Shown: piece by piece, positions 1 through 30,600 of the stretch | Numbering within the stretch: position 1 is the first letter of the stretch | Layout of the letters: each line of letters begins with the position of its first letter | Assembly (NCBI GenBank): GCA_963693365.1 | Contig: CAVNZM010000003.1 | Location: 14,106,914-14,170,913 of the forward strand | DNA length: 64,000 nucleotides | Direction of reading: 5' to 3' | Origin: Amoebidium appalachense | Taxonomy: Eukaryota; Protista; Ichthyosporea | The notes under the pieces: generated by a model | Told to the model about the DNA's origin: nothing | The model's input: the letters and a program-made list of their open reading frames with translations, nothing else | Database searches by the model: none | Translations under genes and position numbers: made by a program

Positions 1-3670
<3,670 letters not shown>

Positions 3671-4072
3671 AATTTCAGGGGGTTGGGGGAGTCTGATGGG
3701 CTGAACAAATAGTACCTTCCACCACACTGCAATTTTAGTTGAAATTTCATGGGGAGGTAGGGGGGGGTTTGAGGGGTCTTGCCCTGCTTGTGTGGCTGCG
3801 TCTGAAAGATATCATGTGGGATAAATTGTGGGGTTTCGATGAACCGTCACAGGCCCCGCTTCTGCATATGAATGAAGTCTTCTTTTCTCTTCTTCTTCTT
3901 GTTCCTTTTTTTTTTGTTTTTGTTTGTTTGTTTGTATCCCCCCCCCCCCTTTTTTGGGGGGGGGGTTTTCTTTCTTCCTCTTTGTTTTTAAAGCATTTTC
4001 AGATATAGGGCCAGGGAACGCCTTTATCGCTCCCTGTACCCAAGTTTTGGCTTGCACGCATTTAGACACCAA

Positions 4073-4108
<36 letters not shown>

Positions 4109-4632
4109 CGGTGGGTTCGTGTGTATGTACTCACACATGCCCGTACATATGTGCCAGGTCAGATAACCGAATGTTCTGCATTGTGGCATGCCACCATGAG
4201 TTATCAAGCTGTTTTTGGAAATTGCTGCCTATTCATATGATTTTTCGCTCCTATCCTTGAAAACTTTGCTCGAAGTTTTTCATTTTCTTCTTTTCAAAAT
4301 CCCTCCAGGACAGTGTGTATATGTATCAGATTTTGTTCTTTAAATCTAGTTTAACTTTGCATGTATTTGCCACTAGAGTTGTTTGCTTGATGGGCGGGGC
4401 TTGTTGTATGAATGACATCATCTGCCAGATGTTTGACTGTATGTTGAAAAAAAGAAAAGAGACGATGAGTTCTGAGTGATATGCTGATGTATTCCAATTG
4501 TAGAAAATGATTCTGGTGTAAGGGCTTGTTCACAGCTCATATATTGCATGTACATGTTTATTAGTGATTATGCTTTTGGTTTAGGTGACCGACAATAGAT
4601 TTGCTTCACTATTTATTTGTACAAAAGCTTAG

Positions 4633-4673
<41 letters not shown>

Positions 4674-4740
4674 TCCCCCGGACGCCGGCCCGCCGGCCCT
4701 AGCTAAATCACGCCATGACACGCGTGCGCGCGCGCGCGCA

Positions 4741-4785
<45 letters not shown>

Positions 4786-5014
4786 TGTGTGTGTGTGTGT
4801 GTGGAGAGAGAGAAAGAGACACACTGCACACACACACTTGCACACGCACGCAAACACATATGTCTGCACAGACAAACAAACACACAAAAAACCACCACGA
4901 CAACCACAACAGACACACACGCACTTCCTCCCCCAGGGCACACATCCCCAACGCCGCTTTCCACTCCTACATGTATACAACTCTCGTATGCACGCACACA
5001 GGCGCAGTAACCAG

Positions 5015-5059
<45 letters not shown>

Positions 5060-5125
5060 ATCCACGCACCCACGCACCCACCTCACCCACACCATACACA
5101 CACACATACACATACACTGTGCACA

Positions 5126-5173
<48 letters not shown>

Positions 5174-5531
5174 AGAAAGGAAGAAATTTGAAAAAACTTA
5201 AAATGAAAACAAAAACCCTTCAAACATGTTCTCAGCTCAGGTGGCTCAAGTATTGCTTTGCCACAGGTCTGAGACGGGGTCTAATGTGGTGAACCATGTA
5301 AAAGACTTGTATTTTTTGTACCCTCCCCCCCCTCCTCCTCCTCCTCTCCTCCCCTCCTTTAAACTCCCCCCGATCCTCTTCTGCCCCCCCCCCCCCCCCC
5401 CCCCCCCCCCTTCTCCTCCTCCCGCCGCCGCCGCCCCCCGCTCCGCCTTCCCACCTCTGTTTTCTCCCTTCCTCCTCCCCCCCCCCCCCCCCCCCCCCCC
5501 CCCCCTTCCCCCCCTCCCCCCCCTCCCCCCA

Positions 5532-5565
<34 letters not shown>

Positions 5566-6276
5566 AAGAAAGAAAAGAAACAAGAAATAAAAGAAATAAA
5601 AATAAGGAAGAAGAAAGAAGAACGGAAAGTTTAAAGGTGTCCCAAGCACACTCCCCTGCACACCACACCGCGCACACCACCCCAGTTTTTCTTTTTACAA
5701 TGGCAGCCGGAGTGAGTTTCCTTCAAAGTACCACCTGCGCTAATATTAGATACTATATGAATGGGCTGTGCGCGTTCCATTTCAATTTTGCACTGGGGTG
5801 CACGACTCAAGAAAACTCTTAATTCCTATCACTGTCCGCAATTTCCATTTCACAAGTTCCGGATCCGTATATATCGATTCAGCACATATTTCAATGGGAT
5901 TATAATTAAGGTAGTATGCATATGGTAAACGAGATGTGCACCCAAATATGGATATACGGAACAGTATACGTACCATAGCAAACTATGCACACACGAAATA
6001 CTTCCTGCAATGTAGTCGAATTCCATAAAAGGAAATTCCGTAAGCTATTATTGGCCCTGCACATTGTCAAATTTTTACTAAACTTAAATAATAAGGTGTA
6101 ATTGCTACACGAGCCGTTTATTATAGAATCACAAAATGATCACACGGGAGTACAGGGCACATACATGGGTCATCAATTGTACTTGTGTGGGAGGTACTGT
6201 ACATGCATGCACGCGTGCACACCACAGTCAAACATTGCACAACAACGGCCGCCGGGCACACACCGTGACCCCCCCC

Positions 6277-6308
<32 letters not shown>

Positions 6309-6735
6309 ACCCACCCACTCCCCTCTCCTCTCCTCCTTTCCAACCATCTTCCCCCCTCCCTACCTCCCTCACCCGTACCCCCACCCCCCTTCCTCCTCCC
6401 TCCCCCCCTCCCCCCCCCCCCCTTCCCCGCCCCCCGACATCCGCCCCGCCCCTCCCACACAACACACAAACACTCTTAGAAAGTAATTCGATCTCGCATA
6501 CAGTGTTATGGCGCGAGAATACTTGAACAGAAAAGGCCAAGTTGTCCACACACACACACACACCAAGGTATAGTTGGGCAGCAGAAAACGCTACATATAA
6601 CCCAAACACACGGTGTCACGTGTGCCTCTGCTTCTGCCTAAGTGAGCACGTGCACCCGCACGAACGCGCGCACGCACGCACGCACGCACGCACACACGCA
6701 CACATGCACACACACACACATGCACACACACACAT

Positions 6736-6783
<48 letters not shown>

Positions 6784-6950
6784 GCAAAAGGAGGCCAACA
6801 CGGCACAGACAAACACATATGTGCGCACCCACAAAGCACATGCAGCCGCACCACACACACGTGCACATGACCATCAAATCACAAACACACACAGAAACAC
6901 ACATGCTGGCTTCTCTTCAATCTGCATGGTCCCGGCTTTAATAGCACACG

Positions 6951-7323
6951 ATAAGCCCATAAATTCAATAGCAGTTAAATTTAAACACGTGATATTTTTT
7001 GTAGATGGGGTGGTATGAGTTAACTATGATGCTCCAACATGGTCATACCATAATACGTGGGATAATAGTTTGAACACATCAGTACCCATGCCCCTGCTAC
7101 ACCACATGACGCCAAAACAATCGCGATCGTGCAGCTGATATAGATGTTTTCTTATCTCTAAAGCGAGAAAATGCTCTCATTGCTTGTATCATATTAGAAA
7201 ACGTCAATGAGTGTTGAATTACTCCGTGCAAGTGCCGATAATTAAACACGGGCAACTTTGAAAAAAAGAAAAAGAAAAAGACAAAAAGTTTCAAAAAGCA
7301 GTGCAGTTGGTTAATGGGCTTAT
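6951..7323. mobile_element. Possible small MITE-like insertion
   Basis: Inverted ATAAGCCCAT at 6951-6960 and ATGGGCTTAT at 7314-7323, with weaker similarity further inward. The interior is AT-rich and non-coding. Confidence 0.3.
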
Positions 7324-7489
7324 GCCTTACGACAATCAGAACCAAACCTTTATACTACGCTACGCATATACTGACAGTTCACATTAAATTGCCTAATTAC
7401 TGCAGTTTCCATCAAGTTCTACATATTCTCCATACACTGTATGGCAACACATTTCCAGCGAAACGTTTTTGTAACTAACACACATTGCA

Positions 7490-8927
7490 TCAGCACACCT
7501 CTAACAGTGTGTAGGGGTTTCCATACACATAAGTTTTCATCATATCCCCCTTAACCCCTTCCACCCCCTCTTTCCCACCATCATCAGACCCCCTCGCCAG
7601 CAAATTTCGTGCAACCTCCACCACCGCATCGTGAATTCTCCCCGCAGCCCCCTTCCCTCCATTCAAATTCTGTGCATCGGGGCCCAGAGCATGCATGGCA
7701 TGCCGCCCCATGACGTAAATATTCACGTTAGACCCCCACCGAAGATCGGGCCTGAGCGCAGGTCGGTCACCGTCGATGGTGGCGGTGGGGAATTTTGCGA
7801 GCAGCTGACTGAAAATTGGGTCGTCTAAAATTTCACTCGTCCATCCGGTGGCTAAAAAAACGTGGCTGGCCCGAATTTCACGGGGGGTTCCGGAAAAATT
7901 CACCGATAGCTCCCATTTGTCGGTTTCATTGCACCACGCACCGCTCTGAATTTCACTCTGGGTCCATGTAGAAAGGACCCCCCTCGCATTTTTGGGGTCT
8001 GCATACACGTCGGCCAATCGCAGAGCGCGGTGGTTTCCCACCCACCCAGTAGAAACATCCAGAACGTTTTGGCGTACGGCGGCGCCCCGTACCACCATGG
8101 TCACGTGACCTGCGCCATGATTGAGCAATAGGCTGCGTGCGAGGTGTGCGGCGGAAAGCCCGCCGCCAACCACAACGACCCGTTTGCCTTTGACTGCATT
8201 CCATACCAGCTGCAGCCCTCGTGATCGGCTCTCGCTGGTGCCGTTGCAGCCGTGGGCGGTGCTGTCTAAACCAATCAAATTGTGCACGTGAAGGAGACGT
8301 GTTGGTGGATGTGCTGGTTCGGCTGTGGCCCGTATTTTCTTTGCAAAATCCGGTAAAATTGGTTGGGTGGTAGGCCCGAGTGCCAAAACCAACCACTTGC
8401 CGAGCCGTGACGGTACGGCCAGTGTCGAATGTAACCATAAATCCATCGGGTGTTTCGTGATTCGCCGTGTGAATCGGGTCGATCTCTGCGACAGCACCCT
8501 TAACCACCAGTTTTTCTAGACCATATTTGGAAATTGTATCATTGCAAAAGTCGCTGAAAAGCACCGTCGACGGGAGGCCGTATGCGTATCGCTGTCCCTC
8601 AGGAACCGCTTTTATCGATTGACCCTGATTGGTTCCGCTTTTTCGAAGCATGCGTTTGATTCGCTCCTGCGAGCTGGTACGCAGGGCCGTGTAGACTTGG
8701 TCTTGGTGGTAGAGTTCATTTGCTCTGCCGGTACTGTGTGCAAAGTTGAGCAGGGACCACTTGTCTGATGCATCGGGGTGGTGAATCACGGGGGAGCGCA
8801 GGTGCACAATGTCGAGTACCCGCATTTGGCTATTCCACCTCGTCAGCCATTGGCCGCTCGGATCGACGACAAGTGTTTTGGCGAGAATTTGCTGTTGGAT
8901 GTCGGCTTCTCGTCCGGCAAGGCCCTC
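7490..8927 (-). pseudogene. FAD/NAD(P)H-dependent oxidoreductase (class B flavoprotein monooxygenase / pyridine nucleotide-disulfide-like), last exon, frameshifted
   Basis: Branch TACTAAC plus CAG acceptor at 8928-8930. Translation gives LVVDPSGQWLTRWNSQMRVLDIVHLRSPVIHHPD, an NAD(P)H-binding VVVVGGGLSAAHLA, FLATG, and C-terminal IYVMG..LGPDAQNLNGG. A 4-bp duplication (AACCAACC, 8387-8394) joins ORFs 7953-8825 and 7490-8497. Confidence 0.8.
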
Positions 8928-9003
8928 CTGTTTGCCCCATGTTAGTAGTATGCTTTACACTGTGTCCAAAACCGGCATGCATACACAGGTATACATGATG
9001 CAT

Positions 9004-9360
9004 CGTGTAAGCAACCGTTACTTTCTCATTTGATTCGACCGTTGCTTCTTCCCTTAGGGCACTGGTACAATCAACGGACTTTACAACGGTGTGAGCAATG
9101 CCGTTGGTTTGGCCAGCGACCCAGCAACGTTTAACCAACGGTGCAATCACTGATGATGACAATACGTGTAATCAAACGTGCAAGTAGCGCAGTAAACGTT
9201 GTATCAACGGGGCAAGGTAATGTGTAAGCAACGCATTTGATTGTTAAGCAACACGTTGATTGTACACCCACAATATACATATCCAATGGGTGAGCAACGT
9301 TGTAAGTAACAAGCAATCACTGCAGCAAGCCACGTGTAAGTAACGTCCATTCAAGTGTGT
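9004..9360. repeat. Left subterminal repeat array of the CACTA element
   Basis: Many GTAAGCAAC/GCAACG/CGTTG motifs in both orientations. The same motif recurs at 29059-29140. Confidence 0.75.
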
Positions 9361-9476
9361 AATCACCGGCAGCGGCTACACCGACAGCAACGCAATAAAA
9401 CACACCCTTCACTGCACAGTGACCGGTGAAAGTAATGGAGGAACCAACGTGCAAGTGCAGGAGTGGGGGTGACCCG

Positions 9477-9509
<33 letters not shown>

Positions 9510-9818
9510 CCGACCGCTTTTCACCCACCCACCCATCGTCTGGGTTCTGCTCACTTTAGATAGACACTTCATACTTCGTTTTTGTTTTATTCACGGAAGA
9601 GACCCGTACAACTGTGCACGTATGCACTTCAATAAATACACACTAGCACCACTGTATGATACAGATACACCAGCACCACAATCCCAAACCCGTGTTAAGA
9701 AACACGTATAACACATGTGCCCCTCGTGTTCAACAACACGCTATAGCTGTTAAGTATCAAGAGATTTTTTCGTGACGCTGCAACCAAAAAGAGAGACAGG
9801 ATAGACACATGCATGCAA

Positions 9819-11455
9819 TCATTCATCATCCTCTACAGCAGCGGCCTCTACAACAATCCCACACATTTTCATATACTCTTTCACTTCCTCCAAAGGCATA
9901 GTGGGTTTCCGTGCGTCCTCCAGCCGCTTCTGCTCCTCGGCTGTGAGGGGCTTGCCGTGCTTCTCGCGCATGAGGAGGCCCCCAATGTAAAGGGCCTCCT
10001 GCTGCTTGAACCTAGCCTCCTCCTTGGCCGCCTCGTCATCACTGGGGGGTGGGCTCGGGAAGCTCTCCCAGTCGAGCCTGATTTTCTTGCAGCGGAGAAC
10101 TTTCTCATAAAACTTCTTGTCCCCCTTCTCGACCAGCTTGTAGAGTGCAGCGTTGGCAACCACCTTGCGTCGCAGGCGCTGCAGACAAATCATATTTAGA
10201 GCCCGTTACACTTCGCGCCACCATGCTTCGTGACAGAAGTAGGTCACAGGCATGGCTTGTCAGGGAAGAAACAGGTATCGGATATCAAACCTTGTCAAGC
10301 ACCGGTATAAAGAAGTTTCACTAAACCGAACAAGAACAATAAAGCCCTTCATCATCTAGTACACGTGCCCAAAGACAAGAGGCAACTCACATCGTTCTGG
10401 GTGTTGTACTTCTGGCGCTTGCGCTCAATACGACGGGTCTCCTCCGCTGACATCTTATTGGCACGGCATCTCATGGTACGCAACGTTTCCCCGATGGAAG
10501 ATGACAGCTGCTTGTCCGTGATGCTGGCCGCTTCACCAGTCAAGTGCCCCCGCGCAGAAATGTGGTTGCGCACAGCAGCGACGAACACACCCTTGTCTGC
10601 CTTGTCCATCTTGCCCCAGGTGAAGTCGAGAACATTCTGATCCATGTCCTGAAGATGCGCTCTTACGGCGTTGCTAACGGTGCCCTGAGAAATAGATGCG
10701 TTAGCTCTCTGTTTTTAAAAGAAGAAAAAGCGGAAAAACAGGCTACTCAAAGAGACACCAAAGCTCACCGGTCTCCATCACTATCGAAGGCACGCAAAAG
10801 CTTTTACTTATGGCATAGCTACCATTCACAAGGCACCCCAAACACGGAGGAGCAGCGACCATAGAGCACAGCAGCAGCAGAACGGCTATTTTTTAACATG
10901 TCATAAAAGTAGGAATTTCCATTCAAAAGTGGGGGAGGGGGGGAGGGGGGGACAGTAACCCCTCTTGTATTTATAGCTCAGAGACTGGTACAATGATAAA
11001 AGGACTCATCCAGCCACTCACCGTAGGAAGTTCGATCTTTGTCTTGCCATTAGCAGGGATCTTTGGTGCTGGAACTGGAGCTTGCTGCAGCTGAGCTGAG
11101 AGAGCAGTCTGAACGGCAGCCTGGACCATCTCGGCAATGCGCTCTGCCAAGGCGTTGTTCTCCTGCAGTCAACGGGTGTGTCACACTATTGGCTTTCTGA
11201 ATGACGGACCCATTCGCTTCCATCACAACACTTCCTCCAAAGTGAACAAAACACACCAAAAAATTAAGGGGGGGAAGGGGGGGCAACCGTGTACATGCAA
11301 GGGAGATGACTGACAAAACACAAAACGTAAAATCTAGGTAGGGTTTGCAGCGGCCTATGCAACCGAATGACCGTATCTTTAAGTTTCTGCATACCCTTGG
11401 CACGGTGTAAAAAAGAAACCCTCACCTCACGGACGATCTTCTGGAACGTGCTCAT
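9819..11455 (-). CDS. Accessory (TnpA-position) gene of the CACTA element, about 274 aa, unknown function; exons 11455-11426, 11162-11022, 10684-10391, 10178-9819
   Basis: All introns are phase 0 with GTGAG donors and CAG acceptors, giving an uninterrupted ORF MSTFQKIVRE|ENNALAERI..LPT|GTVSNAVR..NTQND|RLRRKV..VEDDE*. Confidence 0.72.
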
Positions 11456-12690
11456 TTTGATGGCCAACGTCTAGACGGCTGGGAAAAGACACACTAACGC
11501 TACACAGGACAGAGGGTAGCTGCAAGAAGAAAAGTCGTGGACACCCTTGTCACACAGTAGCCTTTGTGACCGGGTGGAATAACTACGTCTTGTACGGACC
11601 TTTTTATAGTGCAGCCTTCAGCACCGGTAGAGCCTATGGCCAACCGCAGCTGGTATACGTTGCTCTCCACAAACTAGTATGGCGTGGTGCATGTGTGTTA
11701 TGTGCGCCATTTTGTTGGTTTGCAAATATGCATGCAGCCTCTAACATAAACACTAAAATGTCAACCACATGTGCTAAGAACGCCCGCCAAAACAAACTGA
11801 CCGTGTGTCGCAAAAACAACGGACTTTTCTCAAACAGGCGCGAACAAACGGCCTGGGGCTCTTTACGCAAGCTTGAAATTACCATGGGATGTAAACATTA
11901 TAGCCGGCTGCAGATCGCAACCGGCTACAGATTTACCTATAACATCTAAATTATTCAACTGAAATCTCACAAAACCGTTAGAGTATTTTTTAATTATATC
12001 CGTTATTTATATATATTCCAACTTGTAGTGCGGTTAACAATACAAGACAGGGTTTAGGCGGAGGGGGGCTTTGCGGATGGTACTGGTCGTTGCTTTCACA
12101 CAGGCCACAAACGTCAGCCAATCAAAGGAGTCGGGCACTGGCTGCTAGCTTGTGATTGGTCTTCCTGGCGGTGCTTTCGAAGTTGTAATGTTATTGGCTT
12201 TTTTGCAATTTTTTTTTTATGGGTGATGATCTTTAGGGGCCTGGAGCTTCTTCTCTCTCTTTCTCTTTTTGGGGTATGTTTTACTATTTTGTACGGGCCG
12301 TAATTACATCTAAATAGAAGAACAGCAAGGCTGTACCATTGATTTCACGGTTTCTGACATCATGCGCATGCGCGCGTGATCATGATCATGATCGGGGATG
12401 CGTGATTATGTCTTAGGCAGCTGGCTGTGGCAAATGGTTTGTTCTTCAAAAAATAATTTCTATATAATAATTAATAGTATAATTTTTATTGTAAATAGCA
12501 ATGCTGTTTGCTCTAACAGTATTTACTCATGAGCTTTGCTTTCCACCTAAACTCATTGCTCATCGACCCCTAGACTAACGCGAAAGCAATTACGTAATCG
12601 AACGTTCAAGAGAACTCTTCGTCGATGGTGCTGGAGCCGCGCTGTTCCTACCTCAGTACCAGGTCCATAGCTGTATAATTCACGGCGAGA

Positions 12691-28140
<15,450 letters not shown>

Positions 28141-28820
28141 TTGTCATTTTGAACTCTGTGCTTGGGTAGACCAAATATTTCTTTAGTTTCAAGTTTCTTT
28201 TGAATCTTTTTTTAGAACCCCCATTGCGTACGTAGCACGCGGGCGGAGGGGGGAGTTCCTATTTGGGGGGGGGGGGGGGGGGGGTTGGGCATCATGTTTC
28301 CTAGCGGAGGATTTGGGAGGGGAAGGACAGGGTGTGTGTGTGTGGGGGGGGTTAAAATGTAGAGGAATTCACAGGGATGTTTTGCCAAAAAATACACTAT
28401 AGCTGCCGGAGGTAGATCTTATTTGAGTTCTCAGTGTGGGCCTGGGTCACACTCGGCTAATAATAGCTCTTGATTCCAATTATGTCTGATTAATTAGCAA
28501 AAGACATTGCTGTTAGCCGTGCTTTGTTGCTGCCGGCAGATGTGCTTTTCAGCACAAGTTTTATACTATTTCAATAAATTATGGCCGCAAATGCAAAGTC
28601 ATTATGACCTCGGCCATTGAACATGTGCACATTTGGTTCACAAACGCCACTTCATGACACATGAAAAATGTTAGAAAGTCAGTCATCGACAAAACATATA
28701 CAGGTCTAGGGGACCGGGGATATTGATAATTATAATTATTGCAGGAAATGATACAAATCGATCATAAAGCAAGTGCTATTATTTTGCCTGTAAAAATTGT
28801 GTGTGGGAGTGTGGGTGCAC

Positions 28821-28890
<70 letters not shown>

Positions 28891-29210
28891 CGGGGGGGGG
28901 GGGGGGGGGGGGGGGAAGTAATGCTGCTAGTGCTACTATCAATTACTCCATTAATGGTGGAAGTGACACCGTTGCTTTCACATGACATGGGTTGCCTACA
29001 CCCTGAGTCCAACCAACGGCATTGCACTCACCATTACTGTCATCATTGGACACACCCCAACGGTAAAGCAACGGCGCCAGTAAGGCTGCAAGCAACGGGA
29101 AACGTACTAGCAACGCTGTAAGCAACGGTATCGCTTACACCAATCATGTATACCTGTGATACATACACGTATGCACATTATCTACAGCATCGTGACACGA
29201 CACAACCCAC

Positions 29211-29252
29211 TTGGAAAAACTTTACAACAACAGGACAATCGTGTCTTACCGA
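29211..29252 (-). CDS. Probable 42-nt upstream exon of the same oxidoreductase gene (SVRHDCPVVVKFFQ), separated from the next exon by the CACTA insertion
   Basis: On the minus strand: ttttgtatttaccaAG acceptor and caa|GTgggt donor, phase 0, which fits the exon starting at 8927. Removing the element leaves an intron of about 105 nt. Confidence 0.45.
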
Positions 29253-29512
29253 CTTGGTAAATACAAAACATGGGCGGGTGGAGACCGTCAAGGGGAGGGG
29301 GAGGGGGGAGGGGGGAGGGGGGATTTCACAGAGTTCAAAAGCTTTGAGAGAGAGGCACGGGAGGGAGAGAGAAAGGGGGGGGGGGGGGGGGGGGGGGGGG
29401 GGAGGAAGAGAGATCTAGAGCGAGAGCGAGAGAAAGGGAGGGGGACTACAATTGGGGGCGCGGCACCCCGTGAATGGTGACGTCACAGGTGTGACGTCAC
29501 ATTCACGCGGTC

Positions 29513-30262
29513 CCGCAGCCCCCAAAATATGGCATAAGTGGATATGAGATGTGTGATATCTGTGTATATCGCGATATGGGATATGAGATATGGGTGGATA
29601 TATGTACAGGAGCACGTGCACACACTGTGTGTGTGTGTGTAAAACACGTGCAGCGCACGTGATTGTAATTAAATAATTAAAGAGAGAGAGGGCGGAACAC
29701 GTGTACGCGTACGTGTACGCGTACATGTGGTGCGCACACGTACAGGTGCTGCGGATCGAAGGAATGCGAAATGATTCTGAATTCAGGCGAAAACTGACCA
29801 ATGGAAATAGCCGCCCAATGGGAATTAGGAGGCGAAAAAGCAAATTTGCCGGAAAACTGACCAATCAGAACCGCAGCCCCCAAAGATATGGCATAAGTGG
29901 ATGTGAGGTGTGTGATATCTGTGTACACACATCGCGATATGGGATATGAGATATGGGTGGATATATGTACAGGAGCACGTGCACACACTGTGTGTGTAAA
30001 ACACGTGCAGCGCACGTGAATTTAACTAAATAATTAAAGAGAGAGAGGGCGCGCCGCGTGGACGCGTACGTGTACGCGTACATGTGGTGCGCACACGTAC
30101 AGGTGCTGCGGATCGAAGGAATGCGAGAATTCTGAATTCCGACGAAAACTGACCAATGGGAATTCGAATCCTGAATTCAATGGGAAATTGACCAATGGAA
30201 ATAGCCACCCAATGGGAATTAGGAGGCGAAAAAGCAAATTTGCCGGAAAACTGACCAATCAG
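29513..30262 (+). repeat. Two imperfect tandem copies (about 358 and 390 bp) upstream of pPolB, rich in AAACTGACCAAT (CCAAT) and CACGTG motifs
   Basis: ccgcagcccccaaa(g)atatggcataagtgg at 29513 and 29871. Both copies end in gccggaaaactgaccaatcaga. Confidence 0.9.
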
Positions 30263-30600
30263 AGCGCGTAAACCGAAATCTGTACATTCCATCCCGAAAC
30301 TGACCAATAGGACCGCGAATGGCTCATTGTTTTTGGTAAACAGAGGCGGCCGGCCGGCGGCGACCAGACACACGCACAGACTTATTGTTTTTGCGTACTG
30401 CTTCGTGAGATTTGGAGAGATTTTTGCTTTTGAGATTTCACTGGGCTTTGAGATTTAATAGACACAGGCACAGAGACGTTATTTTGCATACTGTTCTTTA
30501 TTGAGGCGTTGCTCTGGCACAGCCAGGCTAGCAACCATTGATTAAATTGATACTTGAGATTTATAAGATTACAGTCTGAGATCTAAGGTTACCATTCAAG

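Noticed and set aside
5710-6100. Cluster of CCGTA/TACGGA/TTCC words suggesting a transposon end
   Set aside because: No matching inverted terminus or TSD could be identified.
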